DNA from: Corynebacterium glutamicum ATCC 13032
Lineage (GTDB): Bacteria; Actinomycetota; Actinomycetes; Mycobacteriales; Mycobacteriaceae
Direction: 5' to 3'
Assembly: GCF_000011325.1 (NCBI RefSeq)
Contig: NC_003450.3
Span: 120,001-152,000, forward strand
Length of the DNA stretch: 32,000 nt
A program made the position numbers and the translations under genes. Under the pieces are notes generated by a model. The model did no database searches. It was given only the letters and a program-made list of their open reading frames with translations, and was not told where the DNA came from. Shown piece after piece: positions 9,407 through 16,803 of this stretch; the first letter of the stretch is position 1, and every line of letters starts with the position of its first letter.

Positions 9407-9485
9407 GGTATTTAAGACTTTATCTTTAATTTACAAATTAAGCTTGTTTGTTAAATAGGAAACTTACCGGAATTAGTGGATTGAG

Positions 9486-10055
9486 TTACTCCTTCGGATA
9501 CCCTCGGCGACCACTGACTGTTGGATCATTGGGAATCCAAAATCTTAAAAGTGCTTCGGTGTTCTTGCTGATGCCAATGCGGGGGCCTCGCACAATTTCG
9601 GGTGTTTCAACACGGTCAGAAATTAAAAATGAGGGACCAAAAACTGAAGCATGGTTGTCGCTGATTTCTAAACCGAGCGCTTGTCCAAAATTTCCTGGGC
9701 CTTGCGCAAGACGTGCATGAGGAATTCCTTCCCCTCGTCGGCTCTGTGCAATTGATTCCCCTGAAACCACTTCACCAGCACGAAGAAGTACGCCTTGACC
9801 TGTTCCTTCTGGCCCGCACACAATATTTCCCGCTCGGTGAATCCCATAAGAAATATAGACGTACATGTGACCACCGGGGCCAAACATCGCGGCATTCCTT
9901 GGGGTTTTGCCACGGTAGGTGTGTGCAGCTTCGTCGGTCGAATCTAAATATGCCTCCACTTCGGTGATACGAATACCAACGCCTCCATGTGTGAGTGTGC
10001 ATCCCAGAAGTTGTGGGGCAACAATATCGGCGGGTTGGAGGAAGTCGATAGGCAT
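9486..10055 (-). CDS. DNA-3-methyladenine glycosylase, AAG/MPG family
   Basis: Family pattern LLGCTL...GIRITEVEAYL...DEAAHTYRGKTPRNAAMFGPGGHMYVYISYGIH. The start was chosen at MPIDFLQ (ATG at 10055, 189 aa) rather than the 21-codon-longer track start. Confidence 0.85.
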   Translation of the reverse strand: MPIDFLQPADIVAPQLLGCTLTHGGVGIRITEVEAYLDSTDEAAHTYRGKTPRNAAMFGPGGHMYVYISYGIHRAGNIVCGPEGTGQGVLLRAGEVVSGESIAQSRRGEGIPHARLAQGPGNFGQALGLEISDNHASVFGPSFLISDRVETPEIVRGPRIGISKNTEALLRFWIPNDPTVSGRRGYPKE

Positions 10056-10144
10056 GGCGCCGATTCTAGGTCGAACTGATCTAAAGTCCCACCACGCAAA
10101 AGTAACCAAGGCGTACATCTACCCGGCACTTTAAGATCAGTGGC

Positions 10145-10801
10145 ATGAGCACTTCTTTTGAGTCCATTCCCGGAGTTACTATCTCCGCTCGAAAAGCCTT
10201 GAGCACTGCGGGGTTTAAAGATCTGGAATCGCTTGCAGGTACCAATTACGAAGAAGTGGCTGGTCTGTCAGGAATTGGCGCACGTACTTTGGAGCGATTG
10301 CAAGCAGCGCTGGTGGAGAAGAGAATGAGCTTTGGCGGTAAAGTGCCAGAGGCAGAACAGCGCACCGCGACGTGGACAACGCTAGATTCTGCAGCACCAG
10401 AGGCAACAGAAACCTCAGAATCCCCAGAGTACTTCATTCAAAACCTAGACATTCCTCGCAGAATTACCCACGGCCGGTTGTTGTTGGAAATTTTCAACAG
10501 AGCGACAGGCCAGAAACCTTATGTAGCAGGGTCTTCGATTGTTGGTTATGGGCGAGTTCATTATCGCTATGCCACGGGTAGGGAAGGGATCACTATTCGT
10601 GTGGGTTTCAGTCCGCGAAAGGCAAAGATTTCACTTTATGGACTAACCAGTGCGCCTGCGTCTCGAGAACTTCTGAAGAAATTGGGTAAGCATTCTGTTG
10701 GTGTGTCCTGCCTATATATCAACAAACCAGAGGATGTTGATCTTGAGGTGCTTGAGGAAATGATCCGTATTTCTTGGGAAGCGGAACCTGGCGAATGTTA
10801 A
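10145..10801 (+). CDS. Hypothetical protein with an N-terminal helix-hairpin-helix-like segment and a C-terminal DUF1801 (YdhG-like) domain
   Basis: 218 aa. LSGIGARTLERL resembles an HhH motif. The C-terminal part (RVHYRYATGREGITIRVGFSPRKAKISLYGL) resembles DUF1801. It is divergent from the glycosylase gene. Confidence 0.55.
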   Translation: MSTSFESIPGVTISARKALSTAGFKDLESLAGTNYEEVAGLSGIGARTLERLQAALVEKRMSFGGKVPEAEQRTATWTTLDSAAPEATETSESPEYFIQNLDIPRRITHGRLLLEIFNRATGQKPYVAGSSIVGYGRVHYRYATGREGITIRVGFSPRKAKISLYGLTSAPASRELLKKLGKHSVGVSCLYINKPEDVDLEVLEEMIRISWEAEPGEC

Positions 10802-10811
10802 ATCTCAACCT

Positions 10812-11738
10812 TTAACAAAGTGCTGCTTCCAATTCGGCGCGGATGAGTCGTCGAGCAGCCCGCGCATCGGAACTGATTCCCCCTAGGTTAATAAAGGCGT
10901 GGATCTGTCCTTTGAATTCAGTCATCGTCACGGAATTTCCAGCCTCTAGTAGAGCTTGTCCATAGGCTCGCACTTCATGGGCTAACACGTCGCATTCGCC
11001 GTACACAATGGTGGTGGGTGGGAGGTCGCTCAAATCAGATGCCAGTAGCGGTGAGAGTCGAGGGTCGGTGCGGTCGTGCCCATCGGCATATTGTTCGATG
11101 TAGCGTTCCATCGCGTCCTTTGTCAGGTAGCAATCTTTGCCAAATGTGAGATAGCTCGGCGTAGATGTAGTGGAAACATCAGTTACCGGAAAAATAAGCA
11201 CCTGGTGAGCCAATACAGGAGTAGAACCCACAGCCCGTTCACGCAGCTGTTGTGCAGTAACCGCGGCAATATTTCCACCGGCACTGTCACCGCCAATTGC
11301 CACTCGGGAAGTATCAATACTCAGCCCAGACACCCCATCCAATACGGCACTGACCACTGCAAACGCGTCGTCGATAGCCGCTGGAAATGGGTGTGCGGGT
11401 GCAAGTCGGTAGTCCACGCTGATGGCGATGATCGGCAGGCCAACCACTAGAGAGTGAACCGTGGCATCGATCATGTTGAGGGTGCCGCCGGACCAGCCAC
11501 CGCCGTGGAAGTACACCAAACACGGCAAATCCCCAGCCCCAGATAAAGGCGTATAAACCCTCACCGGCACCCCAGCAATATCTTGATCTGTCGCCACATG
11601 GGTTGCATCAGCCTCTGAAACAGGAGCGTCTTTACCAAAACTCACCTGCTCCTCCGCGCTGAGAGTGGGCAAGGTATCGATATAAAACTGCGCATCTGGG
11701 TGAAGGAGCATAACGACAATCCTAGAAGCCTTAGGCAA
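10812..11738 (-). CDS. Alpha/beta hydrolase, hormone-sensitive-lipase-like esterase/lipase
   Basis: It has the oxyanion-hole motif YFHGGGW and the nucleophile elbow GGDSAGGN. An alternative and probably better start is the ATG at 11711 (MLLHPDAQ), which follows an AGGA. Confidence 0.8.
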   Translation of the reverse strand: MPKASRIVVMLLHPDAQFYIDTLPTLSAEEQVSFGKDAPVSEADATHVATDQDIAGVPVRVYTPLSGAGDLPCLVYFHGGGWSGGTLNMIDATVHSLVVGLPIIAISVDYRLAPAHPFPAAIDDAFAVVSAVLDGVSGLSIDTSRVAIGGDSAGGNIAAVTAQQLRERAVGSTPVLAHQVLIFPVTDVSTTSTPSYLTFGKDCYLTKDAMERYIEQYADGHDRTDPRLSPLLASDLSDLPPTTIVYGECDVLAHEVRAYGQALLEAGNSVTMTEFKGQIHAFINLGGISSDARAARRLIRAELEAALC

Positions 11739-11821
11739 GAAATTTGGTTGAGTTTTCGATCTCTACGACGCGTCATCTCAATTCCACCTAGGCTTGGATG
11801 CAGGTTAGAAAGGAGCCTTCG

Positions 11822-12427
11822 ATGTCTAAGACTCGTACTTTTCTGTTTGATCTTTATGGTGTTCTCATCAAGGAGCATGGTGCGGCGCAGTTTGAGCGGG
11901 TTGCGCGTGCGGTGGGGGAGCCGTCCAAGAACGACAAGCTGCATGAGGTTTATGAGTCGCTTCGTCTGGATCTGGATGCCGGCCGCGTGAGTGAGGTGAA
12001 TTATTGGAATCAGATCAAACTATTGGTGGGTTTGGAGTTTTTGGATATCCAGGAGGTCATCGCGGCTGACTACAGGGGCCTTTATGAGCGTGATCAGGAC
12101 ATGGTTGATTATGTGTTGTCGTTGAAGGCGAAAGGCCACCGCATCGGAATTTTGTCGAATATTCCGGAGGGGTTGGCCAAGCTGTTGAAGGAGCACAATT
12201 CGGAGTGGCTTGATCAGCTTGATGCGGTGACTTTGTCGTGCGATATTGGCGCGGCGAAGCCGGAGCCGAAGTCTTTCCATGTGGCACTTGAGGCCCTTGG
12301 TGAAAAAGCTGAGGATGTGACCTTTATTGATGATCGCGTGCGTAACATTGAGGCAGCGCGCGAAGAAGGTCTCAGCACAATTCACTTCACTGGCTTAGAT
12401 TCCTTAAAAGAAAGCATTCAGGAATGA
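11822..12427 (+). CDS. HAD-superfamily hydrolase (subfamily IA-like)
   Basis: HAD motif I FLFDLYGVL and motif IV-like TFIDDRVRNIEAA. The start was chosen at the ATG at 11822 (MSKTRTF), preceded by AAAGGAG, rather than the track start at 11798. Confidence 0.75.
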   Translation: MSKTRTFLFDLYGVLIKEHGAAQFERVARAVGEPSKNDKLHEVYESLRLDLDAGRVSEVNYWNQIKLLVGLEFLDIQEVIAADYRGLYERDQDMVDYVLSLKAKGHRIGILSNIPEGLAKLLKEHNSEWLDQLDAVTLSCDIGAAKPEPKSFHVALEALGEKAEDVTFIDDRVRNIEAAREEGLSTIHFTGLDSLKESIQE

Positions 12428-12984
12428 CACCTCAACCACTGATTTTGCCTTTCGGCGATAAAGTTCCGCGGATCCATGAAAGCGCATGGATTGCCCCGAA
12501 TGCCACGATTATCGGGGATGTCGAGATTGGCCCGGATGCGTCCATTTTTTATGGCGTTGTCCTGCGCGGTGACGTCAACAAAATCACCATCGGCGCCCGC
12601 ACCAACGTCCAGGACAATTGTGTTCTCCACGTCGATGGCGATGCGCCGTGCACCCTCGGCGACGATGTCACGGTCGGCCACATGGCGCTTGTTCACGGCG
12701 CGACGGTGGGCAACGGCACGCTTGTCGGCATGAAATCTGCGCTGCTTTCCGGCAGCCACGTCGGCGCCGGCGCACTCATTGCCGCTGGTGCGGTGGTGCT
12801 GGAGGGCCATGAAATCCCGGCGAAAGCTTTAGCGGCCGGGGTTCCGGCCAAAGTGCGCAGATTGCTTGACGACGCCCAGTCCCAGTCATTTATCCCCCAC
12901 GCGGGCCGCTATGTAGAAACATCAAAAGCCCAGGCTTCCATCGCGGAAGCACTGAGCTTAGATGAGGTTAGGGTACGAGAGTAA
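12424..12984 (+). CDS. gca: Gamma-class carbonic anhydrase-like / hexapeptide-repeat (LbH) protein
   Basis: 186 aa with repeated hexapeptide pattern and conserved His positions (VLHVDGD, VGHMALVHGATVG). Its start overlaps the HAD gene stop by 4 nt (ATGA). The symbol is by analogy to C. glutamicum gca and its activity is not inferable. Confidence 0.75.
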   Translation: MTPQPLILPFGDKVPRIHESAWIAPNATIIGDVEIGPDASIFYGVVLRGDVNKITIGARTNVQDNCVLHVDGDAPCTLGDDVTVGHMALVHGATVGNGTLVGMKSALLSGSHVGAGALIAAGAVVLEGHEIPAKALAAGVPAKVRRLLDDAQSQSFIPHAGRYVETSKAQASIAEALSLDEVRVRE

Positions 12985-14140
12985 GTGGCTCGTTGAGTAG
13001 TCGATCAAGTGCGACTGCTCGAGCTGCTGCGCGGACGTTTTCCCGGTGGGTGGGGATCAACCGGAGCTCAATGTCTGCGTCGTATTCCTTCTTCAATTGG
13101 GAAGCGAACACCGACCGACCTTGTGGATCTTCGGAAAACGCCGATCCCGAGAGAACCAGGGTGGATGGCTTAACTGTTTCGGCAGCTTCTGCGGCAGTGT
13201 GAGCCAGCAGGGTCGCGCGATCGTTGAGGAATTCCCGTGCGGTTTCATTGTCTTTAGCAATGGTGACTAGCTCACCAAGGCTGTTGGCAAAGATACCCTG
13301 ATCAGAAACCCTGCTTAAGAAACCTTGGGTGCTCAGCGCATCTTCGGCAGCCATGCCCAAAGTATCCAAACCTGATCCACGAGTTGTAGCCAGTGGTCCA
13401 ATGACATGTACTCCCAAATCATTGCTGTAGGCCGCGCCCACAGAGTCATCGGCGTAGAAGGTCAAGGTGATGGGAGTTGGCTGCTCAGGGTGGGGAAGTG
13501 GGGAAGCCTGCAGTTCAGAAGCTGCGATGGCAGGAATTGCTGATGCCACGGTTGCTGGAACGCTGAATTGGTAGTTCAGGCGGCCAGCGATATCAACGCC
13601 ATCCCAGCCCAAGTTGCTTGCGGTGACAACGCCTGCGTTGGTGACTTTTCCTGAGGTGGCAACACCAATACCTACCAGTGGTAGATCAAGACCAGTGGTG
13701 AGGCGGTTGACACCAGCAATGAGGTGTTCGATGAAAGTGTCTGGATCTAAATCAGCTGCTGAGATTTCCAGCATGGCATCACGAAGGGTGCGACCCTTGG
13801 TATCAAACAAAGCGACGTAGGAAGACTTGGTGCCGATTGCCACGCCTGCATGAATCCATGGACTTGGAGCGAGTTCTAGAGGAATATTGGGACGACCAGG
13901 GCCCGATGAGAGTGTGAGATCAGGGCGTTCACGAACCAAACCTGCCTGCATTAAAGCGGTGACTGCGCGGGTGACAGTCGGTTGGGACAGACCTGTGGCC
14001 TCGACCAGCTCATTTCTAATGAGTTGCTGGCCGAGGCGGATATGGTGCATGCACTTTGCAGCCGGGGTAGAGGGGCGGGCAAAGGACGCAGAGAAGTGGG
14101 CCTGATTGGGCATAGGTAAACCATAGCCAATCATAGACAA
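12968..14140 (-). CDS. cysR: ROK-family transcriptional regulator (probably the sulfur-assimilation regulator CysR)
   Basis: It has an N-terminal wHTH (ELVEATGLSQPTVTRAVTALMQAGLV) followed by a ROK sugar-kinase-like domain. The symbol comes from recalled synteny next to gca in C. glutamicum. The exact start is uncertain, with alternative Met codons at residues 3, 10 and 31. Confidence 0.7.
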   Translation of the reverse strand: MSMIGYGLPMPNQAHFSASFARPSTPAAKCMHHIRLGQQLIRNELVEATGLSQPTVTRAVTALMQAGLVRERPDLTLSSGPGRPNIPLELAPSPWIHAGVAIGTKSSYVALFDTKGRTLRDAMLEISAADLDPDTFIEHLIAGVNRLTTGLDLPLVGIGVATSGKVTNAGVVTASNLGWDGVDIAGRLNYQFSVPATVASAIPAIAASELQASPLPHPEQPTPITLTFYADDSVGAAYSNDLGVHVIGPLATTRGSGLDTLGMAAEDALSTQGFLSRVSDQGIFANSLGELVTIAKDNETAREFLNDRATLLAHTAAEAAETVKPSTLVLSGSAFSEDPQGRSVFASQLKKEYDADIELRLIPTHRENVRAAARAVALDRLLNEPLTLVP

Positions 14141-14203
14141 CGCTGTCTAATAGGGGTCTTGTTATCTAGACCGCATTGTCTGTAAATGGGCATGGATAAG
14201 TAT

Positions 14204-15478
14204 TTAGATGCCGGTAATTTTTGGTTTCTCGTATTTCCAGAATTTAGGCACCGCCACCATACAAATTGCAGTGAGTACAACCACCGCTACTCCGCCCCAT
14301 AATACCGTCCAACCTGCGCCGAGGGGCTCAGCGGCCCAACCGTGAAGGACGTCAGCTAAACGAGGTCCACCCACCACGACGATGATCCACACACCTTGGA
14401 TTCGGCCCTGCACATGTTCCGCAGCAGACTGCTGCAAAATAGCGTTTCGAACTGCCGAGCTGAACATGTCAGCCATGCCACCAATGACCATCATGATGAT
14501 GAACATCCACGCCCACGCAGTCACCGCGCCGGGGCTGACAACAATTGCCACACCACCCAAAGCAACGGCTGCGCCCCAGGCGATGATGCACCAATAAACT
14601 GCAACACCCTGGCGGCTAATCCGGGCCACCCAACCAGACAGCACGCCGCCAAGAACTGCGCCAACAGCCATGGATGAGTACATGAACGCCAGCATCGTTG
14701 CACCGGCGTCACCCCCACCGAAGTTCACTTCTGCGATCTCGGGGTAAAGCGCACGTGGCATGCCGAAAATCATGGCGATAAGATCCAGCACCATCACCAT
14801 CAACAACACGGGTTGGCCAGCCAAATACTTCAGGCCATCCACCACACTGGCGAAACCAGCCTTCATCACCTTGCCGGATGGCTTGATCGAAGGCAGTGAC
14901 CATACAGCCCACAGTGTGGGGATGATGGAGACAACATCAAGGAAATACAGCCACCCGAAACCGATCAGCGGAATCAACGCACCTGCGATCAGCGGGCCAA
15001 CGATTGCGCCGGTCTGCATGAGCAGCATATTCAGTGATGTTGCCGACGCTAATTGATCAATCGGCAAAATACTTCGAAGGATCGCCGTTCGGGTGGGTTG
15101 ATTCACCGCGAAAAATGCCTGCTGTAAAGAAAAGTTTATTAACAGGAGCCAAATATTCTCATTGCCTAAAATGGTCAGCACCCAAAAACCGGCAGTGGTG
15201 ACACACATGCCGATCGTGGTGCAGATCAGCACGATGCGTTTATCAAAAGCATCCGCAATGGATCCACCATAAAGGCCAAAAATAACCAAAGGAATAAGGC
15301 CAAAAAGCCCGGTCAAGCCCACATAGCCGGAGGACCCAGTCATTTGGTAAATCTGCACCGGAACGGCAACAACAGTTAATTGGGCACCAATGACGGTGGC
15401 AACATTGCCAAGCCAGAGGCGTTTGAAGGCCGGTTCTTTCAGCGGTCTGGTGTCAGCGAAAATATCTCGGAAACTCAC
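14204..15478 (-). CDS. MFS transporter (EntS/MFS_3-like efflux type)
   Basis: 424 aa with about 12 TM segments and a GTG start. The N-terminal FKRLWLGNVATVIGAQL is typical of this MFS subgroup. The substrate is unknown. Confidence 0.8.
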   Translation of the reverse strand: MSFRDIFADTRPLKEPAFKRLWLGNVATVIGAQLTVVAVPVQIYQMTGSSGYVGLTGLFGLIPLVIFGLYGGSIADAFDKRIVLICTTIGMCVTTAGFWVLTILGNENIWLLLINFSLQQAFFAVNQPTRTAILRSILPIDQLASATSLNMLLMQTGAIVGPLIAGALIPLIGFGWLYFLDVVSIIPTLWAVWSLPSIKPSGKVMKAGFASVVDGLKYLAGQPVLLMVMVLDLIAMIFGMPRALYPEIAEVNFGGGDAGATMLAFMYSSMAVGAVLGGVLSGWVARISRQGVAVYWCIIAWGAAVALGGVAIVVSPGAVTAWAWMFIIMMVIGGMADMFSSAVRNAILQQSAAEHVQGRIQGVWIIVVVGGPRLADVLHGWAAEPLGAGWTVLWGGVAVVVLTAICMVAVPKFWKYEKPKITGI

Positions 15479-15514
15479 CAGGTAGAGCTTAGACCTCTTT
15501 GTTGGGCCTATTTG

Positions 15515-16201
15515 TTAGTAACCTCGGCGATCCTCCACAGACCAAGCGCCGCTGACAACGGCTGTGGTGTCACCGCGCAGCAGATCCTCAATTTCTGAGG
15601 CGGCGTGTAGAACAACATCTAGTCGGAAACCAGCAGGAAGTGGCGTCCCCTCTTTGAGAAGGGCATCGCCGAAGAAGGAACCACCTCGACGGGTCGGGCC
15701 GCCGACGCGAGCGATGGCCAATGCCCCCGCGGTCTCGGCTTCAATGAGCATCGTGGTGGAATCAGCGTCCTGAGATGCGCAGGTTGTCGACCATACCTGG
15801 GGGACATGATGGCAAAACACGTGGCCAAGGCACATGACGATTTCCGCGAACGCATCGCGACCAAGATGCTTGCCGACGCGAAACTGGTACCAGGCGTTGT
15901 CCGGCGTGACAGTCGAGGGCGGGGTATCCCCGACGATGACTGGTGGGTGGGGGAGTTCGGCCCAGCTTGCGGCGTCGACAAGCGTCTTTTCCCAGGTGGC
16001 AACCGCGCCAATTTTGGCTAGGTTGCCCAGCATGCGGGCGGTGTCGTCGGTAAATGAGGGGTGAAAGCCTGCGTAGCTGGGAGTGGCGTGGAAGGGACCG
16101 CGGTGGCGCCTGGAAGCGTCAATGTGTGGATCGGTGAGCGGAGCGTGGCGTGGATTGAGGTGGCACAGCAGTGGTGGCGTAAGGGGGGTCGCGCAGGTCA
16201 C
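15515..16201 (-). CDS. Hypothetical protein, probably the C-terminal part of a frameshifted gene
   Basis: The track ORF runs 15515-16321. Its first 40-45 codons overlap the upstream gene out of frame and are Ser/Thr/Pro-rich. C-ending codon bias in this frame begins at the poly-C tract (16183-16188). The nearest in-frame starts are GTG at 16201 and ATG at 16033. I recognised no family motif. Confidence 0.5.
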   Translation of the reverse strand: MTCATPLTPPLLCHLNPRHAPLTDPHIDASRRHRGPFHATPSYAGFHPSFTDDTARMLGNLAKIGAVATWEKTLVDAASWAELPHPPVIVGDTPPSTVTPDNAWYQFRVGKHLGRDAFAEIVMCLGHVFCHHVPQVWSTTCASQDADSTTMLIEAETAGALAIARVGGPTRRGGSFFGDALLKEGTPLPAGFRLDVVLHAASEIEDLLRGDTTAVVSGAWSVEDRRGY

Positions 16202-16565
16202 TGAGCAAAATGGGCAGCGTGTCGGGGGATTCGGGAAATCCCATGATGTCCCATTCGAGGGCGGGGCGAAGATCGATGTGGTGGAGTGCGTGCTTGACGC
16301 CTTCAAAGCTCTGGAGCTCAAAAACCCGCATTGGCCTGGCTAATTGCACCGCGGCCTGGGCTGCGTGGGCAATGGGGTAGTGGGGCCAGGCGCTGGCGGT
16401 GGCGTAAATGAGCTGCTCGAGGCGGCTTTTACGGCGCGGATTGGTTTCGGTGCTAACCATGTCAGAGATGGAGCGAAGGACGGTTGCGGTCTCAGGGTGG
16501 TTCATGGCGGTGCGGGCTCCCAACTGTTGATTCACATTCATTGGAAATAAGGTTAGCCTAACCAT
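16119..16565 (-). CDS. Hypothetical protein, probably the N-terminal part of a frameshifted gene
   Basis: 148-aa ORF. A TAGACT -10-like hexamer 7 nt upstream of the ATG at 16565 suggests a leaderless mRNA. An alternative start is MNHPETA, preceded by GGGAG. Its last 20 or so codons after the poly-C tract look less coding-like than the overlapping frame. Confidence 0.5.
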   Translation of the reverse strand: MVRLTLFPMNVNQQLGARTAMNHPETATVLRSISDMVSTETNPRRKSRLEQLIYATASAWPHYPIAHAAQAAVQLARPMRVFELQSFEGVKHALHHIDLRPALEWDIMGFPESPDTLPILLSDLRDPPYATTAVPPQSTPRSAHRSTH

Positions 16566-16803
16566 TTTTTGCAGTCTAGGGATTTATTGAAGTTTCGCCG
16601 CGTGTGCGGTTTTTATTGTGTTTTTATGTATAAATAAGTTAATTACGCCTTTTTTACCTAGGCGGACTAGCTGGTGATTCAGTAGGATTTCATTTCGAAT
16701 AGATGTGGCTGAAGACAAGAATGAATAGCATTCATCTCGTCGAATTTCATGTAGAAATTTGTCCCCCTTTTTTTTGATGTGAAAGTTGAATCGGTAAGCT
16801 CCT
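16566..16803. promoter_or_regulatory. AT-rich divergent promoter region upstream of the glycan-synthase-like operon
   Basis: 238-bp AT-rich spacer between divergent genes. It contains the palindrome ATGAATAGCATTCAT (16721-16735), ATTTCAT repeats at 16687-16693 and 16744-16750, and a C5T8 tract at 16763-16775. Confidence 0.4.

Noticed and set aside
8005-9485. Calling the AT-rich Fic region a mobile element or prophage remnant
   Set aside because: I could see no integrase, transposase, tRNA target, terminal inverted repeats or flanking direct repeats. Only compositional evidence exists, so it is reported as a finding and not annotated as a mobile element.
12968-12984. 17-nt overlap of the convergent 3-prime ends of the gamma-CA-like gene and the ROK regulator gene, plus 4-nt convergent overlaps at 410-413, 6350-6353 and 27570-27573
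   Set aside because: The overlaps are real in the sequence but common in compact actinobacterial genomes. No associated structure or motif suggests a special antisense-regulation mechanism.
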